From Bacilli bacterium (GTDB taxonomy: Bacteria; Bacillota_I; Bacilli_A; RF39; UBA660), in assembly GCA_017459965.1 (NCBI GenBank), contig JAFUBW010000004.1, positions 13,667-77,666 of the forward strand: a DNA stretch of 64,000 nucleotides, in the 5' to 3' direction. Shown here one piece after another: positions 16,966 through 25,505 of this stretch. Positions within the stretch are counted from its first letter, which is position 1. Each line of letters starts with the position of its first letter. The notes beneath the pieces are model-generated. The model saw only the letters and a program-made list of their open reading frames with translations. It was not told where the DNA came from and made no database searches. A program made the position numbers and the translations under genes.

Positions 16966-18615
16966 TTAATCAAATTGATTAAATCTTTCTTTTATCTTGT
17001 CTTTTCCTATTAGTCGTAAAAGTTCATATAAATCTGGTGTTTGACTTTTAGTAGTAAGTGCTACTCTAATAACTGTTGAAATATCTGCAACATTTCCTTT
17101 ATAGTTATCTGGATTTTCTTTATAATCTTTCATATTACCTGCATATCCTAAATTATTAGATAAATCTTGTATTTTTGAAAACCATGTATCTTTATCATCA
17201 TTTTCATCATAATATTCATTAATATAAGTATTTAATATATTTTTTATTTCTTCTTTATCAGTTATTTTTTGCCATTCATAATCTTTTGCTTCATATAATT
17301 CATCATACATATACCATATTCCTTGTTTTATATCTGAATATTTAGCATAATCTTTTCTAGGTTTCTTTTGCTCTCTTTCTATATTTAATATATCTTTTGT
17401 ATATTCTGGGTACTTACTTATTATTCCATAGAAATCTTTATCATATTCCTTAGTATATTCTAATAATTTATTATATATTTCTTCTTTGGATAGTCTACTT
17501 AAATAATTTTTAGATATATTAAGTAGTTTTGGTAAATCAAATAGTGAACCATTTGATGAATTTGCCTTCTTAAAATCAAATTTAAAATCTTCTATTTTTC
17601 CATTTGGATTTGCATCTAACCATGCTTCAAAATTTGAATTTGTAATAGTAGCAAGATATAGCATAACTGCTCCAACAGGTATACCTTCTTCTATATAATA
17701 CATTAATGTTGCTTCTGGATCTTTTCTTTTAGATAATTTTCTAATAGTTCCATTATCATTTTTATTAAGAGGTGCAATATGACAATACTTAGGTGCTTTA
17801 AATCCTAAAACTTCAAACATTTGTAAATGTTTATTAGTTGATGATACCCATTCATCACCTCTAATTACATGCGTTGTATGCATTAAATGATCATCAATAA
17901 CATGTGCAAAATGATATGTTGGAAGTCCATCGCTTTTTATTAAAATTTCATCTATATCGTTTTCTGGAAGTTCTATTTTTCCTTTAATTGCATCGTTTAA
18001 TATAACCTTCTTAAAGAAATCTCCAGGTGATTTTAATCTTATAGTATATTCTTCACCATTATTTATTCTTTCTATAGCTTCTTCATGAGATATAAATCTA
18101 TCTTTAGCCCATCTTCCATAATAACCTAGTCTTTGTTTAGAAAGTTCCTGTTCTCTTCTTATTTCATCAAGTTCTTCTTTGGATGCAAAAGATGGATAAG
18201 CTAAATCTTCTTCAATTAATTTTTTAGCATACGCTTTATATATATCTTCTCTTTTACTTTGTATATATGGACCATAATTTCCTTTATATTCTGTTTGTGA
18301 AATAGCACCCTCTGTAAATTCTATATTAAATGGTTTTAATGCTTCTAATATTTTTTCAATACCATTTTCTATAGATCTTTCTGTATCAGTATCTTCTATT
18401 CTCAAGAAAAATACTCCATTTGTTTGATCTGAAAAAACTTTTGATACAAATGCTTGAAATAAGTTTCCCATATGAGGTAAACCGGTTGGACTTGGTGCAT
18501 ATCTTGTTACTATTGCACCTTCTGGTAAATCTCTTTCTGGATACATTTCTTCATATTCTTCCCATGTATGTTTTACACCTGGTAAAAGTATATCTGCATA
18601 TTCTTTATTTGTCAT
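16966..18615 (-). CDS. gltX: glutamate--tRNA ligase (long 549-aa form)
   Basis: Class I motifs YAPSPTGLPHMGN (HIGH-like) and KLSKRK (KMSKS). It is preceded by a T-box leader containing GAA triplets in the expected specifier region. Confidence 0.8.
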   Translation of the reverse strand: MTNKEYADILLPGVKHTWEEYEEMYPERDLPEGAIVTRYAPSPTGLPHMGNLFQAFVSKVFSDQTNGVFFLRIEDTDTERSIENGIEKILEALKPFNIEFTEGAISQTEYKGNYGPYIQSKREDIYKAYAKKLIEEDLAYPSFASKEELDEIRREQELSKQRLGYYGRWAKDRFISHEEAIERINNGEEYTIRLKSPGDFFKKVILNDAIKGKIELPENDIDEILIKSDGLPTYHFAHVIDDHLMHTTHVIRGDEWVSSTNKHLQMFEVLGFKAPKYCHIAPLNKNDNGTIRKLSKRKDPEATLMYYIEEGIPVGAVMLYLATITNSNFEAWLDANPNGKIEDFKFDFKKANSSNGSLFDLPKLLNISKNYLSRLSKEEIYNKLLEYTKEYDKDFYGIISKYPEYTKDILNIEREQKKPRKDYAKYSDIKQGIWYMYDELYEAKDYEWQKITDKEEIKNILNTYINEYYDENDDKDTWFSKIQDLSNNLGYAGNMKDYKENPDNYKGNVADISTVIRVALTTKSQTPDLYELLRLIGKDKIKERFNQFD

Positions 18616-18629
18616 ATTATCACTCCTTA

Positions 18630-18830
18630 AAAAAATAAAAAGCCTATAATGTAAGGACTAATTATAGCGGTACCACCTTACTTCATAGACTTCTATGCAT
18701 CTTTATTAGTTAACGCCTAAATACGAATAAGCTCCAAAGTTTCTTTCTTATATTTGCTATATCTATTTACACCACTCATAGACTCTCTTTAATAACTTAT
18801 ATAATACTCTTCTTCTTCATCGCTTTTGAT
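18630..18830 (-). promoter_or_regulatory. T-box riboswitch leader of gltX
   Basis: The minus sense shows Stem I start AGCGATGAAGAAGAAGAGTA, AGAGAGTC...GTGGTG, the conserved T-box AAGGTGGTACCGC (plus coordinates 18667-18677), then a terminator helix and T-run before the RBS. Confidence 0.85.
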
Positions 18831-18854
18831 ATAAGTATTTTATCATAATAAAAA

Positions 18855-21800
18855 TTATATTTCAAGTAACTCTTCATTAAATATAGAATATAAATATATA
18901 TTAGTTTTTTTATTTAATTTATTTTCAATATATTTTTTATATCCATTTAATTGATTTATATAATTTTCATCATCTATATTTTTAAGTTTATAATCTATTA
19001 TATCAACATGATCATTATATACAAGCATTAAATCTATAATACCATGATATAAATTATTATCTTCTTCATACATAAATTCATATTCTTTATATATTTTACT
19101 ATCATTTATATTTTTTAATAAATCAACATTTAAAAATTTAATAATTTTATCTTTAATATATTTATCTTCTATATCTAAATTTGGATTTTTAAAATCAAGT
19201 GTCTCTAATATATAATGAATATTTGTACCTAATTCCATGTTATTTTTTATATCTTGTGTAATTAATTTATTTTCTTTTTTAGAAAATGATTCTTCATTTA
19301 TTTTACTATTATTAATATTAATTTCATCTATATTGATTTTTTCATTAGTTTTATTAATAAAGTCTATATAATTAGTATTTTTTATTAGATTATAATCTTT
19401 AGTTATATTAATATCATCTAAATTTATATTAGTTATATCATCATCAAGTAAATCTCTTACTGAATATACTATATCCTTAAATGATCTATATTTTATTCTA
19501 TGATAATCATTAATTACACCATTTTGTTTTTTTGAATAATTAGTTTCTTTATCATTATCAATAACTATTATCATTTTTTCTTTAGCCCTTGTAAGTGCGA
19601 CATAAAATAGTCTTATTTTTTCAGAAATTTCTTCTTTTATATAATCATTTTTTAAAAGTTCTTTATATATAGTAGTATCTATACCTTCATCGAATACTGG
19701 AGTAATAATTCCATATTTATTATCAAACATAAATCTATCGTTTAAATCTGATATATTAAACTTAGAATATAATCCACTATAATAACAAATATTATATTCA
19801 AGACCTTTTGATTTATGAATAGTCATTATTTTTACTGATTCATTATCTTCTTTGTTTTCGTTAAATCTAATATCATATTCTTTATTAATTATTTCATCTA
19901 AATAATTAACAAAGTCTTTTATTGTATACCCAAGTGTTGAAAAATTATCTGTTAAATTAAGTATATAATCTAATTTTATTATATTAGAATTAATATTACC
20001 TATTTTAATAATATTTTCATAGAAATTAAATTTATCTATTACTAGTTTAATAAAATCTTTAATAGATGTATTATCTATATAACTATTTAATTCTATACAT
20101 TTTTTATATAAATCTGAATCCATATAATTATTATTTTTAAAATACTTAAATATTTCTTTATCATTTTCTTCAAATAAAGGACTTCTTAATATTGATATAA
20201 AAAAGTATTTGAATTCTGTATCTAAATTATTATCTTTAATTTTTAATATTAATAATAATAAATTTTTAATTAAAGATAAAAGTATATCCTCAGTTATTTT
20301 TTCATCTGTATATAAGTTTAAAGGTATTTCTAAATATTCAAATATTTTTTTATAAAGTGAAAAGTTGGTAGCTCTATCCATAAGAATTACAAAATCACCA
20401 TAAGATGCATCTCTTATAATAGATTTATCTTTATCAAATATTTTATATTTATTATCTATCTTTTCTTTAATATCATTTGCGATTATAAAAGCCTCTATTT
20501 CTTCTTTAGAAAAAATTCCTTTTTTATCATAATCATATGTATAAATATCTATATTATTATTTTGATTAGTAAGTCCTTTTTCATTATATAAATCATTTCC
20601 AAATATCATTCTATGAGATACTTTATAATCAGCACCTCCAATTACATTATCCATAATAATATCAAATATTAAATTAATATCACTTAGCACTTCACTTCTT
20701 GATCTAAAATTCTTATTTAAGTCAATTTTTATACCATCTGTTTTTTCAGAGTATTTATCATATTTATTCTTAAATATATAAGGATTAGCATTTCTAAATC
20801 TATATATAGATTGTTTTATATCACCAACCATATAGACATTATTATTTTGAATTAATGATATAAATACTTCTTGTACATCATTTGTGTCTTGATATTCATC
20901 AACCATTATTTCATTAAATGAATTTAATATTTCCAGTCTAACTTCTTCATTGTCTTTAAGTAAATTAATAACTAAAAGTGATATATCATTAAATTCATAC
21001 ATATCATTTTTAAACTTATAATTCATTATTTTTTGATTAAGTTCTAATATAATATCAATTATTACTTTAACATAATCTTTAGTATTTAATATTTGTTTTT
21101 TTATTTCTTCATAATCTTTATATCTACAAAGAGTTTTAATCTCTTTTAATAAATTATTTATCTCTTCTTTTAATGATTTTGCTTCATCACTAGATCCCCT
21201 TGGTAAGCTTGGTATTTTAATATCTAAACTAGTTACTATTTCATCATAACAATTACTTTCAAATAGAGTATTAAATGAGTCTTTAAAATTATAATAATTA
21301 TCTGTATCTAATAAAAATGATAATTTATTTAATAATATATTTATTTCATCTACTTTACTTATTAATAGTTGTTCATATTTATTTATATCGTCATTAATTT
21401 TTTTATCATTAAAGGTATTACTTATATATTGTTCTAAATATTCTTTTTTGTTTATTTTTAAATCTAATTTATCATTAATATTTAATATATATTTTTTTAT
21501 TTGTTTATCGTCTTTGATGCAGAAATCTCCAATTAATTTTTCAAATAAAACATCCTCTTCTTTATATTTTTTTTCAAATATTTCATCTATTATTTTTTCT
21601 TTTTGAAATCTTATAAGTGATGAATCTATTATTTGAACATCTTTTGAAACATTAAGTAAATAATGATATTTTTTTAATAAAGAAAGCGAAAATGAATCAA
21701 AGGTTGTTATATATGAGGAATCTATTAAATCAAGTTGATCTTTCAAGGATGGATCTTCTTTAATTTTGTTTCTAATTCTTTCTTTCATTTCAGAAGCAGC

Positions 21801-21974
21801 AGCGTTTGTAAAAGTTAATATTAATAATTCATTTATATTTACACCTTCCTTTAGTTTTCTAATTACTCTTTCAGAAAGGACTGCTGTTTTACCTGAACCC
21901 GCACCTGCAGATACAATTATATTAGTGTTTTCTTCGTTAATTGCTTGTAATTGCTCTTTAGTCCATTTTGGCAC
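18855..21974 (-). CDS. addA: ATP-dependent helicase/nuclease subunit A (AddA/RexA), compact 1039-aa form
   Basis: UvrD-type Walker A GAGSGKT near the N-terminus, DEYQDT motif, and C-terminal RecB-type nuclease motif GIIDLMLV...DIIDYK. Confidence 0.85.
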   Translation of the reverse strand: MPKWTKEQLQAINEENTNIIVSAGAGSGKTAVLSERVIRKLKEGVNINELLILTFTNAAASEMKERIRNKIKEDPSLKDQLDLIDSSYITTFDSFSLSLLKKYHYLLNVSKDVQIIDSSLIRFQKEKIIDEIFEKKYKEEDVLFEKLIGDFCIKDDKQIKKYILNINDKLDLKINKKEYLEQYISNTFNDKKINDDINKYEQLLISKVDEINILLNKLSFLLDTDNYYNFKDSFNTLFESNCYDEIVTSLDIKIPSLPRGSSDEAKSLKEEINNLLKEIKTLCRYKDYEEIKKQILNTKDYVKVIIDIILELNQKIMNYKFKNDMYEFNDISLLVINLLKDNEEVRLEILNSFNEIMVDEYQDTNDVQEVFISLIQNNNVYMVGDIKQSIYRFRNANPYIFKNKYDKYSEKTDGIKIDLNKNFRSRSEVLSDINLIFDIIMDNVIGGADYKVSHRMIFGNDLYNEKGLTNQNNNIDIYTYDYDKKGIFSKEEIEAFIIANDIKEKIDNKYKIFDKDKSIIRDASYGDFVILMDRATNFSLYKKIFEYLEIPLNLYTDEKITEDILLSLIKNLLLLILKIKDNNLDTEFKYFFISILRSPLFEENDKEIFKYFKNNNYMDSDLYKKCIELNSYIDNTSIKDFIKLVIDKFNFYENIIKIGNINSNIIKLDYILNLTDNFSTLGYTIKDFVNYLDEIINKEYDIRFNENKEDNESVKIMTIHKSKGLEYNICYYSGLYSKFNISDLNDRFMFDNKYGIITPVFDEGIDTTIYKELLKNDYIKEEISEKIRLFYVALTRAKEKMIIVIDNDKETNYSKKQNGVINDYHRIKYRSFKDIVYSVRDLLDDDITNINLDDINITKDYNLIKNTNYIDFINKTNEKINIDEININNSKINEESFSKKENKLITQDIKNNMELGTNIHYILETLDFKNPNLDIEDKYIKDKIIKFLNVDLLKNINDSKIYKEYEFMYEEDNNLYHGIIDLMLVYNDHVDIIDYKLKNIDDENYINQLNGYKKYIENKLNKKTNIYLYSIFNEELLEI

Positions 21975-21988
21975 TTATATCACCTTCT

Positions 21989-24349
21989 TTATTTTAAAAA
22001 TTCTAACATTTTATATTCATCAAGATTTATTATATTTTCTTCTTTCATATAACAAATATCTTTATATTTACAATATTCACAACCTACTAAGTTTTTACCT
22101 ATTCTTTTAGGATTGATATCAAACTTACAATCTTGTATATCATTAAATGCTTTATCAATATTTTTTTCTGTTATTTCTATTAACTTTTTAATTTGATCCT
22201 TTGTAATAGTTTTTGAATATGCATAGAATCCATTATTTCCAACTTTCATAGATTTAATTATTTCACTATCTTTATATGTGGAATCAAATTTAGAAAGTAA
22301 TTCTTCATCATTAATTGAATAACCTTGTAGTTTTAAATTATCTTTTTTTTGTTTTTCATAAGTTTTACCTTTTTCTTTTATTATTTCATTATTTAATATT
22401 TTTTGAAGATAAAATCCTATTACTTCAGCACCTTTTATCTTTTTATTTGCAAGATATAAATATACTGGAAGCTGCATATCAATACCATATATAGTATTAT
22501 TTAAGTTTGTATGTGGACTTCCTGTTTTGTAATCAATAATTACTAAATATGTTTTACCATTTTCTTTTTTATAAAGTAATTTATCAATTATACCCATAAA
22601 AGTTAATTTTATATTACCTTCTTTATTAATATAAATTTTATTTTCATATAACCCTTCTTTAATAGATGAAAATTTATTTTGTAGTTTAATTGTTTCGATA
22701 ATAAACATTAATTCTTCTTTTAATTTTTTTAAGAAAAATTTATCTGAAACAGAAAAATCTATTTCTTTTATACTATCATTCCACTCTTTTTCAAAATCAA
22801 AATTATCATTAAAACATTTTGATAATATTAAGTGAAATATATTACCTATAGTAATTGCGAATGTTTCTTCAAAATCAGTTAACTTTAATACATTATTTAA
22901 ATAATATCTAAATGAACATCTAAAGTAATTATCTACACTTGAATATGATAATAATAATTTATTATCTATATATTCATTAAAATCTTTTTTATCAATTCCT
23001 TTAAATCTATTATCATATTTTAAATAATTGATATTAGAATAATTATTGTATAAGACATCTAAATTTTCATCTTTTAAACCATATTTAATTAAATTATCTA
23101 ATGAATTTCCTAAATGTATATAATTCATTTTATTGGAATATTTATTATTAACACGTTCCTTTTTTATTTCAAAATTTAAATCATCAACTAAAGAACTAAT
23201 TATAAACTTATCAAACGGAGTTTTTAATTTATAAGTTATAGTTAAGTTTTTAATAGATTTGATTATATTTTTTACAATAGTTCTCTCTATAATATTTTTT
23301 TCTTTTGTTGTTTCTATAAGTAAATTATCTTTTATATAATCTGTTATATAATCTTCGTCTTTATATATTATAGGTATACTTCCTTGATTAAATGATAGTA
23401 AAAAAACAAAAGTATCATCATCAATAATATTATCTTTGAGATTAACTATTTCAACCGCATTACTATATTTTTCTTTCATATTAGCAGTGTTTTTAAAATC
23501 GTTTATAAGTATATCTATAATTTCTTTTTTATTATTAATAAATGTGTATTTATTTAATATATTTATTAGTTTATTATAGATATAATTATTTTCATTAATG
23601 GAAATATCATACTTTTCTTTCAATATATTTAAAGTTATATCTATATCATTATCATTAATTAATGATATAAAATCAGAAATCATATTTGTATCATATATAC
23701 TTGAAGTATTTGGTAAATTAATTGGTATATTATAAAGATTAAATATTCTGTTTATTACATTATAATAATCACTATTATAATTAGCTATTTTTATTTTATT
23801 TATATCAACACCATCTTTTATAAGATCTATTATTTTATTAGATATAAATTCTACTTCTTCATCTAAGTAATCAAATTCATATATATCATGAATATAATTT
23901 TTATATTCTTTTTTTATTATATTAGCGTTTAATTTATTAAGAATATTAATATCATATTTATTTATATAATCATATCCATATACAATTATTTCTTTATTAT
24001 CTAACAAATTATTAATATTATCATCCTTAATTAAAAGATTATTATCATTTAATTCTTTTTTTATTTTTACTAACTTATCTAATTTTTCATTATTATATTT
24101 CTTATCTTCTATATATTTTAAATTATCTAGATATACTTTAGATACTCCGTATTTTATATCATATTTATTCATTAAATAATAAATAGCTTCTTCATTATAA
24201 GTAAAGGATAATCTATTAATTAGCTCTTTTAAAGACATAATTTTAATATTATATATATCATCAAAATTATTAAGTTTTAATAATATATTATTTTTTATGT
24301 TATTTGGAATAACTAATATAATATTATCTTTAATAAAATCTAAATTCAT
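21989..24349 (-). CDS. addB: helicase/nuclease subunit B (AddB/RexB), compact 786-aa form
   Basis: Located upstream of addA. It has the C-terminal nuclease motif VIIDYKTG and four Cys typical of the AddB Fe-S cluster (FRCSF ... CEYCKYKDIC). No Walker A was found in the N-terminal part. Confidence 0.75.
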   Translation of the reverse strand: MNLDFIKDNIILVIPNNIKNNILLKLNNFDDIYNIKIMSLKELINRLSFTYNEEAIYYLMNKYDIKYGVSKVYLDNLKYIEDKKYNNEKLDKLVKIKKELNDNNLLIKDDNINNLLDNKEIIVYGYDYINKYDINILNKLNANIIKKEYKNYIHDIYEFDYLDEEVEFISNKIIDLIKDGVDINKIKIANYNSDYYNVINRIFNLYNIPINLPNTSSIYDTNMISDFISLINDNDIDITLNILKEKYDISINENNYIYNKLINILNKYTFINNKKEIIDILINDFKNTANMKEKYSNAVEIVNLKDNIIDDDTFVFLLSFNQGSIPIIYKDEDYITDYIKDNLLIETTKEKNIIERTIVKNIIKSIKNLTITYKLKTPFDKFIISSLVDDLNFEIKKERVNNKYSNKMNYIHLGNSLDNLIKYGLKDENLDVLYNNYSNINYLKYDNRFKGIDKKDFNEYIDNKLLLSYSSVDNYFRCSFRYYLNNVLKLTDFEETFAITIGNIFHLILSKCFNDNFDFEKEWNDSIKEIDFSVSDKFFLKKLKEELMFIIETIKLQNKFSSIKEGLYENKIYINKEGNIKLTFMGIIDKLLYKKENGKTYLVIIDYKTGSPHTNLNNTIYGIDMQLPVYLYLANKKIKGAEVIGFYLQKILNNEIIKEKGKTYEKQKKDNLKLQGYSINDEELLSKFDSTYKDSEIIKSMKVGNNGFYAYSKTITKDQIKKLIEITEKNIDKAFNDIQDCKFDINPKRIGKNLVGCEYCKYKDICYMKEENIINLDEYKMLEFLK

Positions 24350-24404
24350 ATAATCACCTTCTTTATAATAATTATATCAAAATAAAAAGAACTTTAAAAG
24401 TTCT

Positions 24405-24797
24405 TTAGACATCTTTAAATTCTTCAAAATATTTATCCATAAAAGCTTTACTTGATATACTTTTAGTTCTTCTTATAGGATCTTTTAATAGCATTTTATA
24501 AAATTCTTCAGCAGGCTCGCTATGAAGTGTTGATAATATTTCATAATCTGCATTAGAAATATAAATTATTTTACTTTCATCAGTATTATTAATAGCTTTT
24601 TTATCTCTACAAGACAAATAATCAATGCTTACATTAAAAGCATCCGCAAGTTTTGATAAATTTTTAAAAGTTGGCTTAATTATATCATTTTCATATTTAC
24701 TTAAAGTTGATTTAGCAATATTTGTAATATCAGATAATTGATCTAAAGTGTAATTAAATTTTTTTCTTAATTCTCTCATTCTTTCGCCTAAATACAT
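24405..24797 (-). CDS. XRE-family HTH transcriptional regulator
   Basis: LRKKFNYTLDQLSDITNIAKSTLSKYEND is an HTH_3 motif. 130 aa, directly upstream of addB. Confidence 0.75.
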   Translation of the reverse strand: MYLGERMRELRKKFNYTLDQLSDITNIAKSTLSKYENDIIKPTFKNLSKLADAFNVSIDYLSCRDKKAINNTDESKIIYISNADYEILSTLHSEPAEEFYKMLLKDPIRRTKSISSKAFMDKYFEEFKDV

Positions 24798-24900
24798 ATA
24801 CTTCTCCTAACTAAAATTAACTATTTGTTAAGCAAAGTATATATAAAAGTAATAATCATTTGTTAAAAGTTTACTAAAAGGAAACAACTTATTTGATAAA

Positions 24901-24929
24901 TAAAAAAGATCTACTTATTAAGTAGATCT
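24901..24929 (-). terminator. intrinsic terminator overlapping the stop codon of the 139-aa orphan gene
   Basis: The minus sense reads AGATCTACTTAATAAGTAGATCT followed by TTTTTT. Confidence 0.6.
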
Positions 24930-25330
24930 AATAGATTAATTTTAAACATGTCTTTTTCTGCATTTTCCTTTGAAATCATAACACCTTTATAAGCACCAAG
25001 TTCTGTTGCATGTCCTTCTAAGAATAATTCTTCTGGGTCAATTGTTTTTAAAAGTATTATATTCTTATTTGTATATACATCATAGTGAAGTACTATTTCA
25101 CCATGAACTTTAGTAAATAATTCATCTGCCGGTAAAATAAGTTCATAACTAACTGTATTTTTAGCTGTATCTTCGCCAACCTTTTCTCCTAAAAATTGTC
25201 CATCTTTCATTTTAGGATAAAAATCAAATACTAACTTTTTAAAAGCAAACATGTTATATTTCTTTACAGATCTTTCACATTTTTTGAATTTTTGTTCATC
25301 CAAATACTCAAAAATATAATTTTCTTTCAT
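24911..25330 (-). CDS. hypothetical protein (139 aa)
   Basis: Very strong RBS (GGGGGGAGGG), a consensus promoter and its own terminator. No recognised domain. Confidence 0.6.
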   Translation of the reverse strand: MKENYIFEYLDEQKFKKCERSVKKYNMFAFKKLVFDFYPKMKDGQFLGEKVGEDTAKNTVSYELILPADELFTKVHGEIVLHYDVYTNKNIILLKTIDPEELFLEGHATELGAYKGVMISKENAEKDMFKINLLDLLNK

Positions 25331-25369
25331 TTTTATCCCTCCCCCCTATATTTCGATTTGGCTTTGAAA

Positions 25370-25398
25370 TTATAACATATCTTTCCAAATATGTCAAA
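25370..25398 (-). promoter_or_regulatory. perfect consensus sigma-A promoter for the 139-aa orphan gene
   Basis: The minus sense reads TTGACA, 17 nt (tatttggaaagatatgt), TATAAT. Confidence 0.7.
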
Positions 25399-25454
25399 TA
25401 AAATATAGGTTTTTGTCAATATTCTGCTACTTTACATTATTATTATAACATTAA

Positions 25455-25500
25455 AAAATGTAAGTAATACCCATAAAGTTATGTCTTTTACTTACATTTT
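25455..25500 (-). terminator. hairpin terminator downstream of polA
   Basis: AAAATGTAAGTA...TACTTACATTTT, a 12-bp stem flanked by A/T runs, immediately after the polA stop. Confidence 0.6.
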
Positions 25501-25505
25501 ACATA

